DNA of 64,000 nt from Setoptus koraiensis (taxonomy: Eukaryota > Animalia > Arthropoda): positions 11,780,001-11,844,000 of the forward strand of contig CM106585.1 in assembly GCA_048013815.1 (NCBI GenBank). The letters are read 5' to 3'. Below, piece by piece: positions 1-11,449 of the stretch. Each line of letters starts with the position of its first letter. The stretch's first letter is position 1. The translations under genes were made by a program, and so were the position numbers. A model generated the notes under the pieces. The model was not told the DNA's origin. It did not search any database and worked only from the letters and a program-made list of their open reading frames with translations.

Positions 1-1062
1 GATATTGCAGCCGAATGGCTCGCACTTGTCGGCAATGGGCCCGTGATTTGTGTCACCAGACAGCGCACATCACAAGTTCATTGGGTCACACTTTCGATAT
101 ATCGTTATTAACTTGGACGAACACACGATATATATTATCGATATTATCAACAAGGGACATATTGGGCATCTGTCTAGATCTTCTGCCAGTGACACTCGGA
201 ATTGCACTCCAAATCAGAGCTGACCAGTCTCGTTATCTCATAAATGATGAAACTTGCATGATTTTGCCAAAATTGAAGCCTATAGATGACGGGCCTCGCC
301 GGCCCCATCAGCCACATTGTGACCATTATCGTATGCGATTATCGCATTGCAAAGTAGAATAATCAAATTTCTCAGGCAGTGCAGCTCTATGCAAGTGGGG
401 CTCGGATCAATAAAAGGGCTGCTGTGATCAATAAAAGTAGCGCCAGATCCGGGTCGTTTGGTGCCTCAGTCGAAATATTTGCTATCTAGCGTTGCGGGTT
501 CATTATTAGTTTATTATTATTACGACGGGACAATTTTTTTGCACATGGAATTATTTCTCTGCTATTCTGAGTGAACAGCCGAGAGAAAAGATCCGATTTC
601 CTGTCGAGAAAGCGTCTCCTGCCGGGCGAGCACAATGACAATGTATGAGATGTATACAATGAGAAGACAAAAGAAAAACACAAAAAAAAAGAGAAAAATA
701 CCAGGAAAAACACACAAGAATACCAGGCAAAACACACAAAAATATCAGGCTAGATGCATTTGGAGATTTTTCGTCGGATCGGTTGTTTATTCATAGTCGG
801 TTCTTTATTCATAGTTGTTTTTGATACTTGTTGACTACGACTCTCGCTCGGTATTTTTCTTGTTGCCTCACGTTGGCCAGTCACTCCTTTGTCGATCACT
901 GTTTTGTGTCGACTGTCGCAACTTTTGGGGCCCTCGTGTTTGGGGCCCCGAGACAATGAGGCCCACTGAATTGGGAGCTATGTTGCCTAATTAAGCCGTG
1001 CTCAACAACAGGCCGCGTTGCGTCCGCTGTTGTGCGCCGGTGCGAGCCAACGAAGATGAAAT

Positions 1063-1111
1063 GGCATTAATTAATTAAGTGGCACTAGGTGGCACCTAAT
1101 TAATTAATGCC
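1063..1111. repeat. Inverted repeat, 15-bp perfect arms (GGCATTAATTAATTA / TAATTAATTAATGCC), 19-nt spacer
   Basis: Arms at 1063-1077 and 1097-1111 are exact reverse complements. Confidence 0.9.
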
Positions 1112-2690
1112 GATGAACGACTGCGGATGACATTGCTCGCGAGTGATTTGAGTTGCGCCAGTGGCCTATGTTTGGCGCAAACAGTTAGATTGGTTAGATT
1201 GTCGGTTGATGGACGGGCCTATATTGTTTACTTGGGCTTGTACTCGCAGTTGTCTATTTATAAATCAATCGCGATTTGCGACTGTTTATTGATGCCACTC
1301 AATCAATCAATTAATCAATTGTTGCTGATCGCGTCGCTGCGCATCCAACAGCCAACGTGCCAGCCAGATCGATATCGAGCTGCATATCAGGCCCGATATG
1401 CCGACGCTGCCATGCAATATATACCGAGGCTGTGCCGTATAATGCACATTGGGGCCACTCACTGTGCAATGAATATCGCCGGCGAGCGCACCAGCCACTC
1501 GACCAAATGAACGAGCTGACCGAAGCGGCCAAAGTGGCCAGAGCGGCCAAAGTGGCCAGAGAATAATTAGAATTAGATGGCCAGCATCTCGCCGACGAGT
1601 TGGCGCTGCAGTGGTGCGTCTTAATTAGCTGCGTGTCCACTTAATTTCAATCAAACGGTCGGCCTATATACGGCCGACAGGTGAATGATATATCTGGTGG
1701 CATAAGTGGCATTTTACAACCAGCCAACAAGCTTGCATTTTACCTGCATCGGCCGGCCATTCTCTAGCAGTAGTTGCATAGTGCCACATCTCTATATAGG
1801 CCTGGCTAGCTCGAGCTTGGCGCCAGCTCACCTGTGCCGCTGTTACGCCAGTGCGCCACTACGATATCGAGCGATTGAGCCACTACGATATCGAGCGATT
1901 AAGCTATTACGCAACAGCGTAGTTGCGTAATAGCGAGCCACCGATCGAGTGTGCGTACCTGTCGATGGCTTACGTAACCCATTTGGCTTGCTTGTCGGTG
2001 TCCAACAACGACAGCAGCAGCGCCGGATATCGATGATTAATGGACCGGCGGCGCATTTAGTGGTCGAGTAGTGTCTCAACAGTGGCATGTCTCGGCATCT
2101 CGTCTCAGTGTTATATCCGCGCCGGTGAGTGGCCACTTTGAGCCACTGGCTACTGCAACAACATTGTACAAACAACATGCTGCAACAACAACATGGTTAT
2201 TATTCAAGCATCGCACAAACATGCCAGCCAGTTGAATTATGGCCTCGGCTGCTGCATTAATTATGCAAATTGTTGCAATACCCGGCGATGCAGTGGCCGC
2301 CGCCGCTGCCCGACGGCCAACGCTGCTGACGGCCAACGATGCCCGACGGCCGACGATGCCCAGCCTCATAAAGCCGCCAAGTGGTAGAATTAATGGTTTA
2401 TATAACTCAATCACCGATTGAAATAGATTTGTCAAACTCGGTCGCCATTCATTCATTGGCTCGCTCAATGAGTGATTCGCGCGACGCGCGCCACTTAATG
2501 GCTTTACGAGCCGACCCGGCGAGCCCACTGACCGTTGGTGGCGCAAATCGCTGCATCGCATTACACCGGTCGCGTCGCCGGCCGCCTAATTGCTTCACCT
2601 CTACGCCGGCCGGCACTCAATTTTATGGCACTCCGGCCACTGTGTGTGGCCCGCTGTCGGGCCGCTCTTGGCCGCTGTCCGGCGCTCCGC

Positions 2691-2798
2691 GCCGCTCTTA
2701 GACCGCCGCTGGCCGCTCTTAGACCGCCGCTGGCCGCTCTTAGACCGCCGCTAGCCGCCATCGGAACGGCGCTAGTCGCTCTCAGACCGCCGCTAGCC
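2691..2798. repeat. 21-bp minisatellite (gccgctcttagaccgccgctg), 3 copies plus 1 diverged
   Basis: Unit starts at 2691, 2712, 2733. Confidence 0.9.
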
Positions 2799-4128
2799 GG
2801 TCCACCGGCCGCCGGGGCCGCCAGGTGAGCGCCCGGCGTCGCCGGCGCGGTCCGTCTTATTATTATGCAAGCGCGCGTCGCTTTTTCTTCTTCGGTGCCT
2901 CCTTTTTGTGCGCCAGCGCTCGCCCGTCGGCGCGCCGCCCCGACTCGCCGGTCGAGTCGCCGGCCGAGTAGCCGCCCGGGTCGAGTTGCGTCGCGTTGCG
3001 TTGCGGCCTGCACTGGCACCGGAACCGCCGCTCAACTGTGAACTCTGGCTCGCGGCGCTCGCTATTGACACAGCGATGACATCGTCCGACATGTAAACGC
3101 CATAATGGCGTTCCGCTGTCCGGCCCGCCGCTGCCCGCCACTGTCCGCGGCTGTGCGCCGCTGTCCGCTCGGCCAGAACGCGCAACTGGGCCCGACCGGC
3201 GGCGGACCGACCGCTCGAGCGTTGCAATGTACGAGCGTCGCAATGTACGAGCGCCCAGGCGGCCACTTGCCGGCCGGGCGCCCTTGCCGGTCGCGCGAGG
3301 GGCGCCAGGCCGGCAAACAAACAGCGGCCCTGCGCAAAAATGCGCACCGGCACCGTTGTTTGTTTGTTTGTTTGTTTGTTTGCAACAAAAAGCGATATGA
3401 TTGCGCCAACTGAGGGGGCCGCGCGCGAGAGGGCGCCCCCGCGCGCGCCAACGGACACTCGCCGGGCGAATTAGCATCGACGGGATGAGTGAGCGCGGTG
3501 CATTAGCCGCCAACTGTTAAATGAACCGCCGACTGGGGGCCCGCGACAATCTTTGTTTGTCGTTTGTTTTTTGCTGGCTCCGCTGGCGGCCCTAAGTGAC
3601 GCGACAGACAGGATATCCAGATAAAAACAGTTCGCGTGAGCGTCACGAGTGGCCGTCATTTTGGGCTCGTTTGTTGTGGCACGCGCCGGAATCTCTGATG
3701 CGCTCTCATCAGTCACCGTGGCCAGTCACTTGTCTGGTCACTTTTTGTTTCTTCGGCTCGACGCGGAGCGCCTCTTCGGGCCGCCGTCGGCGGCTGTTGG
3801 CCGCTGTCGGGCGCTGGGGCGAGAGAGAGAGGGAGAGAGGAAGCGAGGGATCGCGCACGCAAAAAGCCATTCCCGGCGGCACAAAAACAACATTTTGCAA
3901 AGCGCCCACAATGGACCCGCCCGTGCGCTCTTTTTTGCCCGAAGAGGCCCGAATGGCCACTCGAGCGGACCGCTGCCGGCCTGACAGTTAAATGTAGCTG
4001 ACGTAACGATGATTCATTAGGCTCCCTCGCTCTGTGTGTCGCTGGCTGTGAGCGGGCCGACTTTTTTGCACCACTCAACAGCTCACCTGACAGAGTGCGG
4101 AAGCACGCGCACGTGCGGGTCCCGGCCC

Positions 4129-4200
4129 GCGTGCACCGCGTGCACCATGTGCATCATGTGCACTATGTGCATTATGTGCATTATGTGCATTATGTGCGCA
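4129..4200. repeat. 9-bp tandem array (atgtgcatt family), 8 units
   Basis: gcgtgcacc x2, atgtgcatc, atgtgcact, atgtgcatt x3, atgtgcgca. Confidence 0.9.
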
Positions 4201-4260
4201 CACCGAATGACGTAACAGCACACTGAATGACGTAACAGCACACTGAATGACGTAACAGCA
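4201..4260. repeat. 20-bp tandem repeat x3, each copy containing TGACGTAA
   Basis: cac(c/t)gaatgacgtaacagca x3. Confidence 0.95.
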
Positions 4261-4337
4261 CGCGGCGCATTCTATCCAATTCTATTATGTCCGTTTCTGG
4301 CAGCATTCACTGTGGCAAATTCTCTGCAAGAATATTT

Positions 4338-4400
4338 GCCGTATCTCGCCGTATCTCGCCGTATCTCGCCGTATCTGGCCGTATCTTGCTGCATCTTGCT
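4338..4400. repeat. 10-bp tandem repeat (gccgtatctc), ~6 units
   Basis: Directly visible. Confidence 0.9.
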
Positions 4401-4850
4401 GTTCAACGTGCAGCGGCATTGGTCGTCTGTCATCGCCTCAACCGCTCACCGGCCCGTCACAACTGCTCGCCGGCCCGGCGCACTGTGCACCGGATCTGTG
4501 CCCGTGTGCCCGCGTTGCGACCGTGTGCCCGTGTTGCGCCCATTGCGTACGCTCACCGACAACGACGGGCGCTGTGCCGGTGCGGCACAGCGCCCGGCGC
4601 GGTCGTTGCTGCCGTTGGGCTGGCCGCCCATGCAACCAGCAACCAACAGCCGACGCAACAACCAACAGCCGACGCAACAACCAACAGCCGATGCAACAAC
4701 CAATATCCAACTACCGATATCAATAATCGCAGCAACAACGACGACCATCCGAAAACGAAAGAATATGCGATAATAAAACAAACAGACAACTATGGCGCAG
4801 TCGGCGTTGCCGGCCGTCCATTAATCATTGCTGAATGATCTATTCACCTG

Positions 4851-4987
4851 TTGTTGTTGTTGTTGCTGCTGCTGTTGTCGTTGCTGCTGTTGTTGTTGCT
4901 GTTGCTGCTGTTGATGCTGTTGTTGTTGCCGCTGTGGTTGTTGTTGCCGCTGTGGTTGCTGTTGCCGCTGTGGTTGCTGTTGTTGCC
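4851..4987. repeat. Compound (TTG/CTG)n microsatellite ending in an 18-bp periodic segment
   Basis: ttgttgttgttgttgctgctg...gctgtggttg x3. Confidence 0.9.
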
Positions 4988-7900
4988 GTTCAGACCCGTC
5001 GGTCGTGTCTACACTCCCAGTTGATGATGATGCGCACACACAACAACCGAAACTCTCCTGTGAACGATCAGTTGTTGCATCATCAGTGTTTATCTCGAGC
5101 GGTCAGCGAACGTACTCAATGGCTTCCATTCAATCGGACATGGCAATGCAAACAACGCCGAGACGCTAAATCAACATGCTCCGGCAGCACTGACCATTTT
5201 CGAGGCAACAGCAGCATCGTAAAGAGAAGAGAGAGAGAGAGATCATTAATGAAATTGAAAGAAACAAAGAATCGCTCGCGAGCTGCTGACTGCATCGTTT
5301 AATTGCGTAATTAATCACCTGTGCCCATTCATCCAGCGCCGGTGCCAACCACTGCCCAAGCACCGGCAATAAACTATCGCTCGCTCGATGGCCGAGCGCC
5401 GAGCAATTATTTATTTTCTCCTATTATCCCCACATATATATTATTGTTGGCGTGTGAGGCCAAAAGTCACAACCAGCCAGCCAGCCAGTTTTGGTGGGCT
5501 ATATTTATTGCTACATCTACTATCCAGCGATGATACCATCGGGCGCTGATGCCGTCGAGCGGTGATGCCGTCGGGCGGTGATTCCTTCGAGCGGTGATGC
5601 CGTCGGGCGCCGCTAGTCGCAACTTGCAAGCGCCCACTGTCATCGGGCCACTTTTCTGAAATTGCCCAAATTCCCGAATTACCAATTCCCGGCAATTCCC
5701 GGCACCAACCCGCCCGATACCCCGCTACGGTGCGTGTTCGGCTGCTGGCTGCCAAGCCCGACGATCCGGCGCACCGGCGCACCCGCGTGCCCGCACCGCT
5801 CCGCTCCCGAGAGGTGGCTCGTTGGCGGGCCATAGTGAGCAGTTGGTGAATTTGCCACAACTCTGTTGTCGTTGGCGTGTTGCGCAACAATGCGGCACCG
5901 ACCCGCAGGCGCCGCTCGTCGTCCGGCCGGCCGGCCGCACGCAGCTAACGAGCTGCACCCTACTGGCCAGCTCGCTCATCTTTGGTCGGCTGTTCTCGGC
6001 TGTTGCAGAGAATTGTCGGCGGGTCGGCGGCGTGCGCGATTCGTTCCGGCCCGGGCGCTCGCCGCGCGACAGCGCTCTAAATGTCGGGCCGTCGCCGAGC
6101 GCCCCGAAGCCGGTCGGCGCTGCACTGGGCCGTTGTTTGTCATGATTGATCACAGCATCGCAAGCTCTAGCGTCTCCAACTTGACGGCGGCACCACAATC
6201 TCGGCCCGACGAGCGCCAACAACCGGCACCACAATCCCGACAACAACTGGCAATGAGCGAGCGGCCGGCGATAACTGTGCAAAGCGGCGCAATTGTTGAC
6301 CACAACCGCTGACCACAACTGCTGACCACAATGAACGGTGAGCGCCGATCAGTTCACGACTGGCCGGCGCAAAGTCGTGATCGCCATTCATCAGGTGGTC
6401 GGGCTGGGCCGGCCGAAGCGGCCGAGTTGTCGTGCTCGCGGGCCCGTCCGCACGGTCGACCGGGCCAAGCGGCAACGGGGCGCAAGCAAGCAAACGCAAG
6501 CGAGCGAAACAAACGCAAACGAGCGAGACAAACTCAAGCGAGCGAAATAAGCACAAGCGAGCGAGACAAACAAACACAATCGAAACGGAAAGGGGGGGGG
6601 GTGATTAGCCCAGTTTCAATCATGACACTTGCCGGTGTTGCCGCTCGCAACTTTTGAGCGCCCGCGAACCCGACCGGGCGTACAGAGAGCGGCGCGTCTG
6701 GCCGCTCTCTGTCCGCGCGAGCGCCTTTGTCCGTCCGGGCGAGCAGCGCCGTCCGTGCCGGCGGCACCCATTGGCAGCGTCCCGTTACGCTGGCCACGCA
6801 AGCCATTGCGATCTGTCCTACGGCGCAGTTTCAACGATGGCGCCACGGTCTCGCCAGCGGACGGCGCGACCGAGCGTTTCTGTTTCGGCGGCTCTCGAAT
6901 CGTGCCCGCCGGACGGTCTATCCGTCCGACGAGCTCTCTCTCTCTCTCCGGCACACACACGACAATGGCCGGGAAAATTGCAGAAATGCCAGAGATCGGC
7001 AAGCGATAAGGCGCCGCTCGGGCGTCGACGCGTCGACCGGTTCGGTGCGAGCGACTCACGGCCGCCAGCCCGAAGCCAGGTGCTCGCTCGCGTCCGAGCG
7101 GCTCTGTCGGACGCGAGCGAGCCTATAACAAGCTCGGGCCCAATCAGCCCTATATGTTTGCTTGACCTCTGTCGGCGGGACGGCGGCGCTTGTTGCCGGC
7201 CGTGTCAGGCGGCCCGCGTCAGCCAGCTCTATATCTCGTCGACGGCGCTATGCGGCTTGTGCTATATGGCGTCTAATGGGATTGAAATGCGACGGCAAGT
7301 CGCCAGATTATCCGAGCGAACTCGTGATCCGAGTGCCAACTTGCCGTCGACTGTCGCCGGTCGACGGCAAGTCGCCCCGGCTGACACGCCGCAAAGAGCC
7401 CTTCACAATGCCACAAAGTCACAACGCCGCAACGTCGCAACGTCACAAAGTCACAATGTCGCAACGTCGCATTTGTCAGCGCCTCATAAGTCGCGTATGT
7501 GCGGTGTTGTCGAGCCCAATTAATGACAGACGGCTGATTCGCCGTCACGACGGGAAGAATCATATTTTGTATATTTTGTAAATTATGCAAATGTTGCCCG
7601 AATTTGTCGAGCTGTGGCGAGCGTTTGTCTGGGCGACGCCGCAACGACGACACGGCATCGCCAGATGACGGCTCGGCTCCCAGTATCGAGGCTCGGCTGC
7701 CGGTATCGAGGCTCGGCCTCTAGTGTCGAGGCTCGGCTTCTTGCATCGAGGCGCGGCGGATATTTGCCGGGCTTTGTCGGCACCGTCGCCGAAAATCGGC
7801 AAAGTTGGCAGCGAACAAGAGAAAAGAAAACACTGTCGCGCCGGCCGCTGTCACCTCGAATACTTGTGAAACTCGCTGTCAAATGGCGGCAAATCATGAA

Positions 7901-8820
7901 TCGCGCGACTGTCAGTCGCGAATTGTCGCCCATGTTCCGACAATTAACAGCTCGCCGTTGAGCTCGCTTGGGGCGCATGCCGCCAACGACAGCGACCGGC
8001 CCCGCATTGTGTGAATTAGCTCATGTCGCGTAAGTTACGTGAACGCGCAACAGCTTATATAACATGTAAGCCATGTTACATCATATAAGCAAATATTATA
8101 TAATATGGCAAATATAATATAACACAGCAAATATAACATAACATGGCAAACATTATGTAATATGGCGACAACGGCGCCGACAAATGTGCAAAAACACAGC
8201 CGACGCATTCCGACAAAGTGACCGCCATGGCGCAACCCGACAGAGATCGGCCGGCGCTCCGGGCGACATTTGACGAGCGGTCACCGCTCGGGAGCGCCGT
8301 CGAACAGACGCCGAACAGACGCCGAACAAGCGCCGAACAAGCGCCGAACGGGCCGACGAACGGGCCGACGAAGGGAGTTTCAAAAGAACAACAGAGGGCC
8401 CTCAAACTTTGAGGCTCAAAGTGCCCGTGGCCATTTTGCGGGCCGCCATTGCCCGGCCGCTGGTTGCAATTGTGGCCGAGAGGCGGCGCCACTCGTCGCA
8501 GCGACAGCGCGTCGCTGGCCAGGCTCGCGGGGCCGCACTGCGCATCGTACACGGCAAACACTGAGCACTTTTGTAGGCTCGGCTGCACTGCGGACACTGG
8601 AAAAAATCGCTGCCTGCCCCCCTGCGAGGGTGCGCCGCCAAGCGTGCCAATGTGCGCAAAGTGTGTGTGTGCGCACCGGGGGCCGGCACGAATTTTCGCC
8701 AGCGGTGCAAGCGAGCGAGATGACACGGTGCTTGTGCCGTGCACCAAACTGACTCAATACGAAATCAGATCAGATGAGCGCGGATCGGTGAGCAACGGCG
8801 ACGATCAGACCGTCAGATCC

Positions 8821-9065
8821 ACGACAACAACAGCACCAACAACAGCGACAACAACGCCAACAACGACAGCAACAACGCCAACAACGACAACAACAACAAC
8901 GACGACAGTGACATCGACGACAGTGACAACAACGACCGCGACCCAACGACGGCCACAACAGCGGCAACAACCGAAACAACAACAGCAGCAACAACCACAA
9001 CAACAGCAGCAACAACCAAAACAACAACAGCGGCAAAAGCGACAACAACAACAACGGCGAGCGCA
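8821..9065 (+). repeat. Compound (CAA/CGA/CAG)n microsatellite immediately upstream of the start codon
   Basis: acgacaacaacagcaccaacaacagcgacaacaacg...caacaacaacggc. Confidence 0.9.
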
Positions 9066-9131
9066 AACAAACGACGCCAAATGACGCGAATGACACAATA
9101 CAGCGAATAGTGCAGAGCGAACTCGTCAACG

Positions 9132-11280
9132 ATGACCACGAATAATTCATATCAGTGCGTTGATCCGCAACAACAATTCAATTGGGCAGTTGCGCAACAC
9201 CAACACCAGCAGCACCAACAGGCGGCCACCAATATAGATCAGCTGCAGCAGCAGCAGCAACAGCAGCACCACCACCAGCAACAACAGCACCAAGTCGAGC
9301 AGCACCACTTGCAGCAGCAGCAAGCTCTGGCCAACTCCGATCAAATAGTTAACCAGCAGCAGCAGCACCATCATCTGCACCAGCAGCAACAGCACCAGCA
9401 CCACCATCTCCAGCAGCATCCACATCAGCAGCAGCAACAGCAGCACCACCACCAGCACCACCATCACCAGCAGCAACAACAACAACAGCAACAACAGCAT
9501 CAGCAGCAGCAGCAACAACTAATTAGTGGCACCAATCAAACAACCAATCACCAGCAAAATGCGGCCTCAGTCACGCCCAATCTAACCAATACCCCGCAGC
9601 ATCCCGCCATCAGGGGCGCGGGTAACACCGGTGCAATGTCGGCCGCTGCCGTCGCCATACATTCGGCCGCGGCTGCAGCGTCCGGCCACCAGGCCGATCT
9701 GAGCCAGGCCGCCTTCAGTGCCGCTCAATTTCAGGCCGCTGCCGCGCACAACGCCCGTCACGCCTTTGCCGCCACCCTAGACCATGCCAATGCCCTGCAT
9801 TCGCTGGCCGGGCACCATCACGCCCACCAGGCGGTGGCGGCCGCGGTGGCCGCGGCCAACATCACGCACCAGCAGCACCATCATCAACAGTTATCGAATC
9901 ATCACCATCATCAACAGTTAACAAATCATCACCATCATCACGCCAGTGCGGCCGGTCACGCGGTCGCCCAGCATCCGCACCATCATCCGCACCACCCGCA
10001 TCATGCGGCCGCGGCGGTCGCCGCAGCGGCCGGCCATCATCACCCCCTGTCGCATCAGGCCGCGGCCGCCACCGCCACCGCGACACATCACCATGCCGCG
10101 CACGCCCATCAGCAACATTTACAGGCAGCGGCCGCGGCCGTTGCCTCACAGCACCACCATCACGCCGCGCACCATCATCATCCGCACGGGCCCCATTCGG
10201 CGGCGGCCGCCGCCGCGGCAGCGGCCGCACTCCATCACCATCATCCGGGTGTCTTAGCGGGCGCCGCGGCCGGTCTGGTCGATCCCACGGCCGCCGCCTA
10301 CGGGCTGAGTGCGGCCGCCGCAGTGGCCGCCCAATCCGCCCAGGTGGCCACAAGCGTGCTGGGTGCCGGTGGCACCACTACCCCCACAACTCCCACCTCG
10401 GCGGGCACCAGTTCGCCGGCCAGTATTGTCCATCAGGCGGCGGCTGCCAGTGCTGCCGCGGCGGTCAATGGTGTTACCACAAGCGCCTATTACAGCCATT
10501 TGACAGCGGGATTGCACGGCGGCGGCAGCGCGGCCGGCACAACAATGCCCGGCTCAAACGGGTTCTCTACGGGTAACAGCGGCAATAACAACAGCGAATC
10601 AGCGACGGGGACACCGGGCGCCGGCACAGGCGCGCCCCCGTCAACAACAACAACCACAAGTGGCAATAGCGGCAATCAATTGGGCTCGGCATCCTCCAAC
10701 GCGACATCTATGGCCATGGAGCAGATGATGTCGCCCCATCACCACCACCACCATCACCACCATCAACAGCAGCATCAGCAGCAGCAACAACAACAGCATC
10801 ATCATCACCAATCGGGATTGCACAACAGCGCCGGCGGTGGTGGTGGTGGCAGCAGCAAATATTCGTCGTCGCAACAGTATCAAATGGATCTAAGTCAACA
10901 GCAACAGCATCATTATAGTCAGCATCCGCAGCACCAAGATCACCTCCAGCAGCAGCCGCCAGAGGGCCAGCGTCGCCAAGACAACAACAACAACAACAAC
11001 AACAACACGGGCCAACAACAACAGGGCAGCGGTCAGTCAATAAATAGATCGAGCTCACTCAAACAATTGGTCTCATCTATCACGCCCACGCTGACCAACG
11101 CCTCGTCGGTCAATTCGTCGGGCGCAACGCGGCCGCCCAGCACGGGCAGCACCATAGGGGCGCTGGCGGTGCCGATGGGCCTCAGCCACCACCACGGGCA
11201 CCACAACAGCAACGGTCTCATGATGGGACTGGGCGCCCTCCATCACAACATGGGCGGCATGGGCAGCGGGCCGGGTTCGG
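9132..11280 (+). CDS. vvl: POU class III transcription factor (ventral veins lacking/drifter ortholog), coding exon 1: Q/H/A/G/N-rich low-complexity N-terminal region
   Basis: ATG 9132 is preceded by an in-frame TAG (9108-9110) and opens a long frame with polyQ/polyH/polyA tracts. A consensus donor G|GTGAGT follows 11280. Exon length is 2149 nt (phase 1), which joins in frame to the POU exon. Confidence 0.8.
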
Positions 11281-11284
11281 GTGA

Positions 11285-11321
<37 letters not shown>

Positions 11322-11449
11322 GTCACCTGTGACAATATAATAGTACAATAATAATAATGATAAAAATAATAATAATAATAATGTGATTGTCGTCCCGCCG
11401 CATCCGCGCCGCGTCCCGACCGCATCCGCATCCGCGCCGCGCAACGCAG
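11281..11449 (+). other. vvl: 169-nt GT-AG intron (phase 1) of the POU gene
   Basis: GTGAGT at 11281 and CAG at 11447-11449. Splicing gives ...[22 protein letters not shown]. The intron holds (CT)n and (TAA)n tracts and in-frame stops. There is no AG between 11344 and 11447. Confidence 0.8.

Noticed and set aside
15-362. 115-aa ORF in less repetitive DNA at the left edge
   Set aside because: No recognisable domain in any of the six frames I translated, and the other frames are interrupted by stops. It cannot be supported as coding without homology or expression data.
7900-8780. Core promoter candidates (TCAGTC at 7912, TATATAA near 8057)
   Set aside because: No consistent TATA-Inr-DPE spacing was found, so the TSS is left unassigned.
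11281-11351. C-terminal '[22 protein letters not shown]' of the 739-aa ORF
   Set aside because: This is translation of the intronic (CT)n tract after the GTGAGT donor, relevant only if the intron is retained.
11383-11449. ORF-track start (GTG) of the 714-aa POU ORF
   Set aside because: It lies inside the predicted intron. The phase-compatible CAG acceptor at 11449 explains the frame better than a GTG start.
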